DNA of 57,892 nt from an uncultured Candidatus Saccharibacteria bacterium (GCA_964565105.1 CAZMCG010000001.1:1-57892); one strand, 5' to 3'. Counted from the stretch's first letter, positions 26,979 through 36,501 are shown. Numbers and translations: made by a program. Notes: generated by a model from the letters alone, not told the origin.

Positions 26979-28389
26979 TTCAAGAAAAGTTCGTGTCCGC
27001 TTTGCTCCATCCCCAACGGGGCTTTTACACATCGGAGGCGCTCGCACTGCGCTTTTTAACTGGTTTTTTGCAAAGGCAAATGGAGGTGAGTTTGTGTTGC
27101 GCATGGAGGACACAGATAAAGAGAGGTCAATGAGAGAATTTGAAAAAGATATTAAAGATAGTCTCGCGTGGCTTGGAATTACATGGGACGAAATATACAG
27201 GCAAAGTGAGCGTGAAGAAATTTATAAAAAATATCTTGAAAATCTTTTGAAGGACAATTGGATTTATCACTGTTTTTGTACGAAGGAAGACTTAGAAACC
27301 CAGCGACAAGCAATGCTATCGCAGGGATTAGCACCAAGATACTCAGGTATATGTCGTACAAGGAAGATAAGTGAGATTGAAAAAAAACTTAAAAATGGCG
27401 ATAATTATGTTCTTCGCTTTAAGGTCCGAGAAACAAAAATAGAATTCGAGGATTTAATTAGAGGAAAGATTACATTTGACACGAGTCTTATCGGCGACTT
27501 TGTCGTAGCGCGAGGGCTCAATAGCCCACTATATAATTTTGCAGTAGTAATAGACGACGCACTTACAGAGATCACGCACGTAATCCGTGGCGAAGAACAC
27601 ATATCAAACACACCACGACAAATACTCCTTGCGAATGCACTTAACCTTGATATTCCACAGTTTGCTCACTTGCCAATTATTCTGAATGCTGACAGAAGTA
27701 AAATGTCCAAACGATTTACCGATACAGCACTCTCTTATTATATAAAGCAAGGATATATTCGCGAAGCACTTATAAACTTTATGGCATATCTTGGGTGGCA
27801 CCCAAAAGAAAACAAAGATATAATGAATGTTGATGAAATTATAAATGAATTTGAGCTCGGGCGCGTGGGGAAGGGTGGGGCGATATTTAATATTGATAAG
27901 CTTGAATGGCTAAACTCTCAATACATTCAATCAATGGCCCCTGAGAAATTTATTGTATTAGCTAAGGCATTTTTGCCGGACGAATGGAAGTTAACCCCAA
28001 GGATGGCTGAGTCTACAAAGACTCGTGTCAAGAAACTAAGCGATGTAAAAGGCCTGGTTGATTTCTATTTTGAGCTACCGAACTATAGTGCAGATATGCT
28101 TTTATGGAAAGATAATAACTTGAAAGATACAGTTGGCAATTTGCGTAAAATCTATAAACTAATAGAAAGCATGCAAGAGAATAAATTTAAAGCCCTGCCA
28201 CTTGAGGGGTTTATAATGCCCAAACTACCCGAAGGGGGTAGGGGAGATATCCTCTGGCCCCTTAGGGTGTCTTTATCTGGTAAAAAAAAATCACCGAGCC
28301 CCTTTGAAATAATGGAAGTATTAGAGAAAAAAGAATCTCTAAAAAGAATTTATATTGCGATAGAAAAAGCACATATACACGGAACATGA
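26971..28389 (+). CDS. gltX: Glutamyl-tRNA synthetase
   Basis: Contains RFAPSPTGLLHIGGARTALFNW and KMSKR. Confidence 0.95.
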   Translation: MSSSRKVRVRFAPSPTGLLHIGGARTALFNWFFAKANGGEFVLRMEDTDKERSMREFEKDIKDSLAWLGITWDEIYRQSEREEIYKKYLENLLKDNWIYHCFCTKEDLETQRQAMLSQGLAPRYSGICRTRKISEIEKKLKNGDNYVLRFKVRETKIEFEDLIRGKITFDTSLIGDFVVARGLNSPLYNFAVVIDDALTEITHVIRGEEHISNTPRQILLANALNLDIPQFAHLPIILNADRSKMSKRFTDTALSYYIKQGYIREALINFMAYLGWHPKENKDIMNVDEIINEFELGRVGKGGAIFNIDKLEWLNSQYIQSMAPEKFIVLAKAFLPDEWKLTPRMAESTKTRVKKLSDVKGLVDFYFELPNYSADMLLWKDNNLKDTVGNLRKIYKLIESMQENKFKALPLEGFIMPKLPEGGRGDILWPLRVSLSGKKKSPSPFEIMEVLEKKESLKRIYIAIEKAHIHGT

Positions 28390-29705
28390 CAAAGAGAAAT
28401 ATCCTACATATATCTGTTTTTGTTTTTATGGTTGCCCTTTTGGCTATGGCGCCCGTAACGGATATCATTGTGGCTCAAGAAGAAGTTGAGCTTCAAGATA
28501 AAATAAAAGAGAGGGGTAGGGAGCTCCGAGCACTGAATGCAAAAATAAATCAAACTCAAGGGCAGGTTGCTAACCTGCAAAATCAAGGGCAAACCCTGCA
28601 AAACACAATCCGAACTATCAACATACAGATTAATCAAGTTAATTATGGAATTCGCTCAAGTGAAATAAATATAGAAAAACTTGGACTTGAACTCCGTGTA
28701 CTTGGTTTTGATTTAGAAGATGTAGCGGAGGCAATAGTTGTAAAAAGGGTTGCGGTCGCAGAAATTCTTCGCCAGGTGCAGCAAAAAGACGGCGATGGAC
28801 TACTTGAGGTAATGCTAAAAAACGAAACACTAGCAGATAGTGTTTTTGAGATTCAAAGCTTGCGAGATGTGCAAAACAATTTATCTATAGGCGTTGTGCA
28901 GTTAACAGAGCTTGGAAATAAATTAAAGAGCAATATGGGCACAACAGCGACCAAGAGAGGTAAACTTGAAAATGAAAATACAACCCTTGGGGTCCGCAAA
29001 GAAATCCTTGCGGATCAAGAGCAAGAAAAAGAGGTAATCCTGACTGAAACAAAAAATGAGGAAAGTTTATACCAATTACGCCTTTCTGCGCTTCGTAGCG
29101 AGCAAAAAAAGATTTTAGATGAAATTGTCCGCACTGAATCTGGTTTGCGCGCAAAATTTGATCCATTGGTCGTACCCCCAAGGCGCCCGGGTCTTTTAAC
29201 GTGGCCGATAAAGCTTGCTGGCAGTAGAGAGCCTTGCTTCAAATCATCGGGTATCCCCGGCGGGATAGGCATCGTTACTCAATGCTACGGTAAAACTCCA
29301 TATTCAGATGAGCTCTATGGGGGTAGGCCTCATAATGGCATAGATATCGGAGCGCCAATTGGAACAGAGATTTATGCAGCTGCGGGGGGCAAGGTAGTGC
29401 ATGTCGGATATAATGCATGGTATGGGAACTATATAATGATTAAACACGATAACAACTTAACTACGCTTTATGCACACTTATCTCGCTCAATTACGAGCCT
29501 CAACGCAAGGGTGGAGCGGGGACAATTGATAGGGTATGTCGGTAACACGGGATTCTCAACGGGGCCACACCTACACTTTACAATATACGCGACGCCTCCT
29601 GGGGGATGGACAAAGGTTTCCTCGCGTAACCAGTCAGGATTTGTGCGCCATGCGTCTGGATTAGTGCCGATTGGCGTTACATTTAATCCAACAAAATATC
29701 TATAA
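28386..29705 (+). CDS. M23-family peptidoglycan endopeptidase with N-terminal coiled coil (EnvC-like)
   Basis: Signal/transmembrane segment, Q/N-rich coiled coil, then HNGIDIGAP.GT and GNTGFSTGPHLHF. Confidence 0.9.
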   Translation: MTKRNILHISVFVFMVALLAMAPVTDIIVAQEEVELQDKIKERGRELRALNAKINQTQGQVANLQNQGQTLQNTIRTINIQINQVNYGIRSSEINIEKLGLELRVLGFDLEDVAEAIVVKRVAVAEILRQVQQKDGDGLLEVMLKNETLADSVFEIQSLRDVQNNLSIGVVQLTELGNKLKSNMGTTATKRGKLENENTTLGVRKEILADQEQEKEVILTETKNEESLYQLRLSALRSEQKKILDEIVRTESGLRAKFDPLVVPPRRPGLLTWPIKLAGSREPCFKSSGIPGGIGIVTQCYGKTPYSDELYGGRPHNGIDIGAPIGTEIYAAAGGKVVHVGYNAWYGNYIMIKHDNNLTTLYAHLSRSITSLNARVERGQLIGYVGNTGFSTGPHLHFTIYATPPGGWTKVSSRNQSGFVRHASGLVPIGVTFNPTKYL

Positions 29706-29738
29706 AACTCGCTCGTGTATATCTTTCGGAAACAGAAT

Positions 29739-29768
29739 ACTCCGACTCCAGCGGTCGGAGTTTCTTCT
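29739..29768 (+). terminator. Intrinsic terminator after the M23 peptidase gene
   Basis: ctccgac (29740-29746) / gtcggag (29754-29760) followed by tttcttct. Confidence 0.6.
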
Positions 29769-29769
29769 C

Positions 29770-30000
29770 CCTCGGTTTACTACCGAGTACTCAAGGCATT
29801 GAGTACTCGGACCAAGCTAGCAAACCTCCGGGACGTTCCGAGAAAATATACACTCGCTCGCATTGTTTCGGTGGTAGGGAATTCCGTTCTACCTACTACC
29901 ACCGCGAATGAAGAGTAGGAAAGTGCGCTTGCGTGTTCTTTTGCTCTGAGTGATGCGGTGGCAAGTGAGAACACCACTTACTAGTTAGAATACTCGCTCG
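29770..30000 (+). other. GC-rich non-coding segment with stacked hairpins and a thrice-repeated ACTCGCTCG word
   Basis: Hairpins ctcggt/accgag, gagtactcaa (29785-29794) / ttgagtactc (29799-29808) and ggtggtag.../ctaccacc. ACTCGCTCG occurs at 29707, 29852 and 29992. There is no ORF with an RBS. Confidence 0.4.
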
Positions 30001-30041
30001 CTTTGATTTTAGTTTGAATGGTATAATAAGGGAGAAAATTT

Positions 30042-30188
30042 ATGGATTTTTTAGGCCTTGAAATACCCGAATGGACAAAAGAACTCCTAGCGAGCGGGGA
30101 GCTACTCCTGTACGCAATAGCAAATTTTATGGAGGATGTACTTGAGCTACTACTGGAAGCCACAAGAGCCTTGCTTGATAAGGAATAA
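30042..30188 (+). CDS. Possible 48-aa protein
   Basis: ATG preceded by aagGGAGaaaattt and by TTGAAT..TATAAT. The peptide is MDFLGLEIPEWTKELLASGELLLYAIANFMEDVLELLLEATRALLDKE. It is below the ORF-track cutoff. Confidence 0.4.
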   Translation: MDFLGLEIPEWTKELLASGELLLYAIANFMEDVLELLLEATRALLDKE

Positions 30189-30259
30189 AACAGATATAAG
30201 AGGGTGTCGCAATAATAGTAAAAAGATAGAGTAGAGGAGTTGTATGTTTTATGTTACGG

Positions 30260-30288
30260 TTGTTAATATCGAATAAGGTTCGTATAAT
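30260..30288 (+). promoter_or_regulatory. Promoter of the xer-type recombinase gene
   Basis: TTGTTA (30260-30265), 17 nt, TATAAT (30283-30288). The -10 lies in the 12-bp palindrome gtataattatac (30282-30293). Confidence 0.5.
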
Positions 30289-30328
30289 TATACTTAATAG
30301 ACTATTAATATAATCCAAACATCTATTT

Positions 30329-31288
30329 ATGGAGAAAAACCAACGACCACTCCCCCTTCATATTCCGGATTATTTAGACTGGCTTGATGTAGAAAGGGGT
30401 CTTTCTACAAAAACTCAAGAAAACTATGCTCGTTTTTTAGGAAGATTTTTAGAATGGCTTGAAAAAAACAAATTATCCAACCTAAAACCCCACGAAGTCT
30501 CCCCCGACCACATTTGGAAATATAAAATTTATCTAGCACGACAAACACGCTCAAAGCGCTCCTCTCAGGCACTAAAAAAGACTACCCAAAACCATTATCT
30601 TATTGTATTACGCTCTCTTTTTGGATATTTTGCGGACAGAGATATATTAGCTCTTCCACCTGAAAAAATTAAATTACCTAGAGATAGGAGTGATAGAGAG
30701 GTTCGTTTTCTTTCTTTAGAGCAATTAGAGCGATTATTTTGTGCCCCCAATACATCTTTGCCCGGGGGGTTGAGGGACAGGGCAATACTAGAAACTTTTT
30801 TCTCTACAGGCATGCGCATATCAGAGCTTGTAGGACTTAATCGAGAGCAGATAGAGCGATTTCTTAATTCAGAAGACTTAGAATTGGGCATTGTTGGTAA
30901 AGGGGGTAAGGCTCGCACGGTTTATTTTTCACCCAGATCTCTTTTGTGGATTAAAAAATATCTCAAAACACGCAAAGATAATGATAAGGCCCTATTTGTA
31001 AACTACAGAAGACGGAAAGATGCACCCTATAGACTCACTCCTCGGTCAATAGAAAAAGCTATTAAAAAATATGCCTCAATCGCCGGGCTACCCCCTAACA
31101 CAACCCCCCATGTTCTCAGACACTCATTTGCTACAGACCTTTTAAGTCAAGGTGTGGATATAAGAGTTTTACAAGAATTCCTTGGACACAAAAGCATCAC
31201 TGCTACTCAAATCTATGCCCATGTTACTAGTAAAAAATTACGAGAGGTACACCGCAAGTATCATGGTGGCCATAGGTTATCAAAATAA
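30329..31288 (+). CDS. Tyrosine site-specific recombinase (XerC/XerD-like)
   Basis: N-terminal SAM-like domain, then RDRAILE..TGMRISEL, HVLRHSFATDLL and LGHKSITATQIYAHV. Confidence 0.9.
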   Translation: MEKNQRPLPLHIPDYLDWLDVERGLSTKTQENYARFLGRFLEWLEKNKLSNLKPHEVSPDHIWKYKIYLARQTRSKRSSQALKKTTQNHYLIVLRSLFGYFADRDILALPPEKIKLPRDRSDREVRFLSLEQLERLFCAPNTSLPGGLRDRAILETFFSTGMRISELVGLNREQIERFLNSEDLELGIVGKGGKARTVYFSPRSLLWIKKYLKTRKDNDKALFVNYRRRKDAPYRLTPRSIEKAIKKYASIAGLPPNTTPHVLRHSFATDLLSQGVDIRVLQEFLGHKSITATQIYAHVTSKKLREVHRKYHGGHRLSK

Positions 31289-31486
31289 GATATAAAAAAA
31301 TAAAGCTAAATTATGGGGCGTAAGCTATATCAAAAAACTCGTAAATATGAGTCATGACAATATTTGATAAATCGTTTATTATAGAGTAATAGCTGTAATG
31401 GGAGTTAGTTGTTAAGGGTCTGCTTTGTAACGCAGATACTATGTTTTTAGCTCAAAATGGAGTTATAAGAAGAGTTTATATGCGAA

Positions 31487-32248
31487 ATGAGTAATATTGA
31501 AGGTTTTAAAGAAAAAAATGGGTATATTATAGATGGTGTTTGGTATCCTAGAGTAACGAGCATCATAAATATAAAGGCAAAGCCTGCTCTTTATCGTTTT
31601 TATGCAGAGCTAGATAGCTATAAGCAGGGTGAAGAAATTAAGAAAAAGTCAGCCGACGAAGGTACGAGGGTGCACGAAGCGGCTGAGGCGATATTTATGG
31701 GTCGCCCTCCCGTTATAGCTGCAGACATCGCTCCGGCAGTTAAGGCATTTGAAGAATTTATTAAAGAACGGAATGTGCAAGTTGATCCTGAGTATGTTGA
31801 AAAACGAATTGTAAATTATACTGAACGATATGCTGGCACTAATGATGCGGTAGCACTTATTGATGGAAAGCTTGGTATATTGGACCTAAAAACTTCTGCA
31901 GGAATTTTTAGAGATTATAATCTACAACTTGCAGCATACTTTCCTCCCCTACAAGAAAAGCTCAGAGACATTTCAACACGCTGGATACTTCGTGTTGATC
32001 AAAATCAGACATGCAATATATGCGGAGGAACCAAAAGAACAAAGGGGGGTAGAGTGAAGATAAAAGCACCATATCCTAGAACGGGAATTAACTACAGACT
32101 CTGCCAACACGATTGGGCTGATGTTAAGGGCATAATTGAATTAAAAGAATTCCCTTATTGGCAAGATGATTACCAGGCGTTCTTGGGTGCCAAAAAACTC
32201 TGGGAATGGGACAATATTACGAATCTGAAAAAGATAGGATACCTCTGA
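31487..32248 (+). CDS. PD-(D/E)XK nuclease-superfamily protein with a Cys-rich insert
   Basis: Contains GTRVHEAAE, NDAVALIDGKLGILDLKTS, QLAAY and CNICGG...C. Confidence 0.7.
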   Translation: MSNIEGFKEKNGYIIDGVWYPRVTSIINIKAKPALYRFYAELDSYKQGEEIKKKSADEGTRVHEAAEAIFMGRPPVIAADIAPAVKAFEEFIKERNVQVDPEYVEKRIVNYTERYAGTNDAVALIDGKLGILDLKTSAGIFRDYNLQLAAYFPPLQEKLRDISTRWILRVDQNQTCNICGGTKRTKGGRVKIKAPYPRTGINYRLCQHDWADVKGIIELKEFPYWQDDYQAFLGAKKLWEWDNITNLKKIGYL

Positions 32249-32249
32249 T

Positions 32250-32578
32250 TAGGAATTAGGAGTTAGGAGTTAGGAGGATAGGAATTAGAAATAAAATGAC
32301 AAAAAATCTTTCACATAAAGATCTAATCGTAATCGTACTATATGAATGAATTAGCGATAGCAAGAAGATTACTATAGTTTGTTCTATATGAATAATTTAG
32401 CTATAGCTAATCTTGTCATATAGAACATATAGAAGCGTGCGATGAAGCTAGTGACGGAGGAATTCCCTAAAAGTGAAATAAAATATATGGATTGGCTTCA
32501 CGGGTAAGGCGAGCGGTAATCTCTATCCCTCCTAATATTGCTATGATTTCCAGACTCGAATCTAACTCCTAATTCCTA
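32250..32578. repeat. 17-nt perfect inverted repeat bracketing a 295-nt palindrome-rich spacer
   Basis: taggaattaggagttag (32250-32266) pairs with ctaactcctaattccta (32562-32578). Inside, gttctatatga (32381-32391) / tcatatagaac (32416-32426) encloses the 14-nt palindrome ttagctatagctaa (32397-32410). Confidence 0.7.
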
Positions 32579-32591
32579 ACATACTAACATC

Positions 32592-33176
32592 CTAAGTATC
32601 GTCTCGAGCTTTTCGTATCTCTTTATATTCCTCGGGGTAATTTCGTTTAAGAAACTCCTCAACCTTTCCTACTCTCGCGCTTTTTGTTAAACCTGATTCT
32701 TTCGCAAAATCTATAACTTTATTTGTGGCGTCATCCATACAAAGAAGACTCTCTACAAGCAGCTCGATTTCTACTACTTCATAACCGTAATTAACATAAT
32801 CAACATCTATTGTGAATTCCCCTTTCTTATATTTTCTGCGAGTGGTTTTCCACGCCCCGAAAGGGTTGTAACCGTAAGCTTCAAGGTCACTCTCTAAGGT
32901 CCCCTTTTTTGTGATACTTAATTCTTTCCTAATCAGATCTTTATTATCAACTTCTCTGTACGTAGAGATTATCCCTTCGAATCCCCTTCTCCTTACGCCA
33001 ATTTTCATTTCAAAAGTTTCATTTCTTTTGCGAATATATATATCTTTTTTAGTTAAGTAAAAGTTTTTATCGTAGTATGTATCATCGTTTATCGTTTCGC
33101 CGACAAACTCGGCATCTTTGGTGATGCGCTCTATATCGCTCTTGTCAGCGAGGAATTTTTTCTCTATTTCAATCAT
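32592..33176 (-). CDS. CYTH-domain protein (triphosphatase / class IV cyclase fold)
   Basis: N-terminal EIEKKF (ExExK) motif. Size and alternating charged beta-strand pattern are typical of CYTH. Confidence 0.75.
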   Translation of the reverse strand: MIEIEKKFLADKSDIERITKDAEFVGETINDDTYYDKNFYLTKKDIYIRKRNETFEMKIGVRRRGFEGIISTYREVDNKDLIRKELSITKKGTLESDLEAYGYNPFGAWKTTRRKYKKGEFTIDVDYVNYGYEVVEIELLVESLLCMDDATNKVIDFAKESGLTKSARVGKVEEFLKRNYPEEYKEIRKARDDT

Positions 33177-33266
33177 GTATCAGAATCGAGAATTAAAGGG
33201 CTAAAAAAACCGTAATTCATAATTCCTGCCTACCCCGCACCGTGCTCTGCTCTGATGTCTGGGGCT

Positions 33267-33440
33267 TCATAATTCATTATTCTGTTCTATAATTATCGGC
33301 GCCGGACTAAAATCACGCCCCACTAAATACCCTAAACCAAATGTAAGTAATGCTATCAAAAAAACAAAAATTCCCAATTTAATATATGATTCACATAACA
33401 AATTGCGTAATTTACCATAAAATCTTTTTAACATTGACAT
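33267..33440 (-). CDS. Possible 57-aa single-pass membrane protein
   Basis: The peptide is MSMLKRFYGKLRNLLCESYIKLGIFVFLIALLTFGLGYLVGRDFSPAPIIIEQNNEL. It is divergent from rpmA and below the ORF-track cutoff. Confidence 0.35.
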   Translation of the reverse strand: MSMLKRFYGKLRNLLCESYIKLGIFVFLIALLTFGLGYLVGRDFSPAPIIIEQNNEL

Positions 33441-33557
33441 AGGTATATTTTAACATTATCCTACTATCAAGTTAACACACCAACAAGCTATCAAGCCAAC
33501 GAGCTAAATCTATAACGCCTCCTACATACTAAATACTAAATACTACATACTAATCTT

Positions 33558-33830
33558 ATGGCACAAAGAAAAGCTGGTGGTTCAGCGAGTAATCTCCGGG
33601 ACTCAAAATCAAAAAGATTGGGAGTGAAACGCAACGACGGGCAAAAAGTTAAAGCCGGTGAGATTATTATCCGTCAGCGCGGCACAAAATTCATCCCCGG
33701 AACCAACGTAAAACGCGGGAATGACGATACGCTATACGCGCGGACCGCGGGCGTTGTTAAGTTCGTAACGAAAAGAAGAACCCGTTTTGACGGTAAGCGA
33801 AGATTCGCTAAAGTGATTGAGGTTATATAA
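33558..33830 (+). CDS. rpmA: 50S ribosomal protein L27
   Basis: [24 protein letters not shown]...[14 protein letters not shown]. There is no N-terminal Prp-cleaved extension. Confidence 0.95.
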   Translation: MAQRKAGGSASNLRDSKSKRLGVKRNDGQKVKAGEIIIRQRGTKFIPGTNVKRGNDDTLYARTAGVVKFVTKRRTRFDGKRRFAKVIEVI

Positions 33831-33885
33831 AAACCCTAGTTTTACAAAGAGTAAGGGGTTTTCTAGTAAGTTTGTGTTTGTCTTT

Positions 33886-34341
33886 TTATTTTTGAATTTC
33901 TGAGGCTACCTCTATTACAACCCTACCCTCTATCCCCTGCCCCACGGAGATTTCAATCTCATGCTTACCTAGCTCTTTTATGTGGTCAGCTTCTATTTTA
34001 AGGTTATAACCCCTTAAGTCTGGAAAGTCTTTTAATATTTTTTTTCTTATTTCCGCCTTCGTTACAGAATCATAAATCTCGCCCTTTTCTCCTACCTTAA
34101 TACTAAAAAGGATTGGTGCCTTTCTTGAGGAGGCCCGTAGGTTTTCAAAGTGTTTTTTAAGTATCTTTGTTTTATAAATTATCGCATCCCGACCTACTTC
34201 TACCCGCTCAATCCCCGCTTCAGTTGCCAACTCTGCAAGTCCTCTTGGAATTAGAAAATTACGGGCGAAGCCATCCTTAATAATCCTTACATCGCCCTCT
34301 TTCCCAATCCCTTTTATATCTTTTTTCAAGATGACTTTCAT
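33886..34341 (-). CDS. rplI: 50S ribosomal protein L9
   Basis: MKVILKKDIKGIGKEGDVRIIKDGFARNFLIPRGLA. Confidence 0.95.
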   Translation of the reverse strand: MKVILKKDIKGIGKEGDVRIIKDGFARNFLIPRGLAELATEAGIERVEVGRDAIIYKTKILKKHFENLRASSRKAPILFSIKVGEKGEIYDSVTKAEIRKKILKDFPDLRGYNLKIEADHIKELGKHEIEISVGQGIEGRVVIEVASEIQK

Positions 34342-34440
34342 AATTTTATTTTAGTAATATTAAAAGCTAGTTTTTAGGTTGTAAATTGTGGAACCTATTA
34401 CCCTGACGCTTAAGAGCGCCCAAAACTCCGCATTTATAAT

Positions 34441-35661
34441 CTACAAGCTCTCCTTGAGAACTTCAATGGCCTTCTCTAGTTGTGGATCCCTATTCGCCTC
34501 AATATCCTCTTCTGTAAGCTCAACGATAAAGTCGGGTGTAAGTCCATATCCGTTTATAGGTGTCCCATCAGGGAGCAACCAGTTTGCGACCGTAATTTTT
34601 AAAGTTGATCCATCACTTAGCTTCTCAAGCTCCTGCACAGTTCCTTTTCCAAAACTTTGCACACCTATAAGTTTTACTTCGCGATGTACCCTAAGCGCCC
34701 CTGCCAAAATCTCAGAAGCCGAGGCAGACCCTTCGTTTATAAGAACCACTACAGGAAAGTCTATCAAGGCCTCATTGCCACGCGCGTGAAACATTCTTTC
34801 TTCACCAGATGTAAAATCTTCCGTTACGACAACCACTCCACGCTCAAGGAACCACCCAGCAAGATTGATAGATATATTTAAAAATCCCCCAGGATTGCCA
34901 CGCAAATCAAGCACCATCCCTTCGCCTCCCACAAAAAGCGCCCCGATCACCGCTTGCCGAAACGCAGCGGGCGTATTTCCGCTGAAACTAAATATTTGCA
35001 TATGGATAATGTTGTCATCCACTATTTTCCAATCAACGGTAGGGATTGTGATATTTGCACGTACAATGCTTATCTTTACCTCACCCTCATCGTCGCGGAG
35101 AATTTTTAATGTGACAGTTGATCCTATCTCACCACGAATCAATGAAACAGCATCGTTAACAGAAACGTCATTGGTTGATACGCCATCAACGCTTAAGATC
35201 CTATCCCCCGCCCTTAGTCCAGAACGCTCTGCCGGGGTGTCTTTTAGTGGAGCAATTACAACCAGTTGTCCGTTACGTAACCCTATCTCTGCACCTATGC
35301 CACTAAAATTACCACTTATATCTTCCGAGAACTTTTGGGAATCAATCGGCGCGAAAAACACAGTATTTGAATCACCAAACGCCTCGGTTAATCCTTTAAT
35401 TGCTCCATATAAAAGTTCTTGTTCGCTTATTTCATCTGCCCCCACATGCTTGTCAATAAGCTTTCCCCATGCTTCCCAAAAAATAGAAAAGTCTACTGCT
35501 ATGTCGTTACCAGGCTCAAGGTTTGTAACATTTTTAATTACTATATTGCGTGTCTCTTCAAGTCCCTGCTTAAGGCCCACATAATAAGCAGTTACAGAAA
35601 GAATCGTTATCGCAAAAATTAATGCAACCGTAAATCCAAATATTTTTTTATCTATTTTCAT
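34441..35661 (-). CDS. Carboxy-terminal processing protease (S41) with PDZ domain
   Basis: N-terminal transmembrane segment, PDZ (GLRAGDRILSVDG), LDLRGNPGG and GSASASEILAGAL. Confidence 0.9.
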   Translation of the reverse strand: MKIDKKIFGFTVALIFAITILSVTAYYVGLKQGLEETRNIVIKNVTNLEPGNDIAVDFSIFWEAWGKLIDKHVGADEISEQELLYGAIKGLTEAFGDSNTVFFAPIDSQKFSEDISGNFSGIGAEIGLRNGQLVVIAPLKDTPAERSGLRAGDRILSVDGVSTNDVSVNDAVSLIRGEIGSTVTLKILRDDEGEVKISIVRANITIPTVDWKIVDDNIIHMQIFSFSGNTPAAFRQAVIGALFVGGEGMVLDLRGNPGGFLNISINLAGWFLERGVVVVTEDFTSGEERMFHARGNEALIDFPVVVLINEGSASASEILAGALRVHREVKLIGVQSFGKGTVQELEKLSDGSTLKITVANWLLPDGTPINGYGLTPDFIVELTEEDIEANRDPQLEKAIEVLKESL

Positions 35662-35810
35662 CTTATTAAAGTTAATTGTAACAGACTATATGGGCATGCA
35701 ATAGCTAATAGTGGACGATATGTAGAAAATAAATAAATTAGTAAGTAGTATATAAGAAGCGGTATGATTATTTTACTCTGATAATATATCATAAATTTAT
35801 TTTTTGCTTT

Positions 35811-36068
35811 ATGGACTACCTTGAGGAATTAAAAAGGAGAAAAAAAGAATCTAGAATATATAGTGAACACCAGCTTATTGGTCTTGAGATAGCAGAAATC
35901 CTAGATGACAAAAAGCATAAATCTCTTTATATGAAACTTGCAAAAGACGGCGACCCCTATAATTTATTAAAAGTTGCAAAATCAGTTGCCGAGCGAAGGG
36001 GCGTTATAAATAAAGGTGCGTATTTTATGCAGCTTATAAAAAAAACTGATGGAGATATTAAAAATTAA
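35811..36068 (+). CDS. Hypothetical protein
   Basis: 85-aa ORF that overlaps the def start by 20 nt. No recognisable motif. Confidence 0.5.
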   Translation: MDYLEELKRRKKESRIYSEHQLIGLEIAEILDDKKHKSLYMKLAKDGDPYNLLKVAKSVAERRGVINKGAYFMQLIKKTDGDIKN

Positions 36069-36501
36069 TAATAGAAAAGAAAAAAGATTTCTAAAACGAA
36101 GGGTCCCAGATTTCGATTTTAATAAAATGACACGCGAGGAAATTCGTGATCTTATACAAAAAATGCGTATAAAAATGATAGAGTCTGATGGCATGGGACT
36201 TGCGGCAAATCAGGTTGGACTTGATCTAAGGCTGTTCGTTGTAGATCTTAACGGTAAGTTTTACGCAATTTTTAATCCGGAAATTACAAAAAAGTCCGAT
36301 GAGTCAGAAGCAAGACAAGAGGGGTGTCTTAGTATTCCGGGCACCCAATCTCAAGTTACACGGTCGTCACGTGTAACACTTAAGGGATTTGATAAAAACG
36401 GTAAAAAAATAAAGATTAAAGCTTGGGGTTGGTTATCTGTAGTTTTTCAACACGAGATGGACCACTTAAATGGTAAGTTAATAACCGATTACCTGAAATA
36501 G
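36049..36501 (+). CDS. def: Peptide deformylase
   Basis: Contains GLAANQVG, EGCLSIPG and QHEMDHLNG. Confidence 0.95.
   Translation: MEILKINNRKEKRFLKRRVPDFDFNKMTREEIRDLIQKMRIKMIESDGMGLAANQVGLDLRLFVVDLNGKFYAIFNPEITKKSDESEARQEGCLSIPGTQSQVTRSSRVTLKGFDKNGKKIKIKAWGWLSVVFQHEMDHLNGKLITDYLK

Noticed and set aside
30270-30300. A dif-like Xer recombination site adjacent to the xer gene (GGTTCGTATAA-TTATAC-TTAATAG compared with the dif consensus).
   Set aside because: Only the left arm resembles dif (9 of 11). The right arm is not an inverted copy, and the palindrome is fully explained as the -10 region of a TTGTTA-17-TATAAT promoter. It cannot be supported without a genome-wide comparison.
18380-35584. 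Long antisense ORFs inside dnaX (18380-19015), ctpA (34865-35584), mraY (22601-23062), pyk (16977-17399) and others.
   Set aside because: These are shadow ORFs opposite well-supported conserved genes, with low-complexity Ser/Pro/Leu-rich translations and no RBS.
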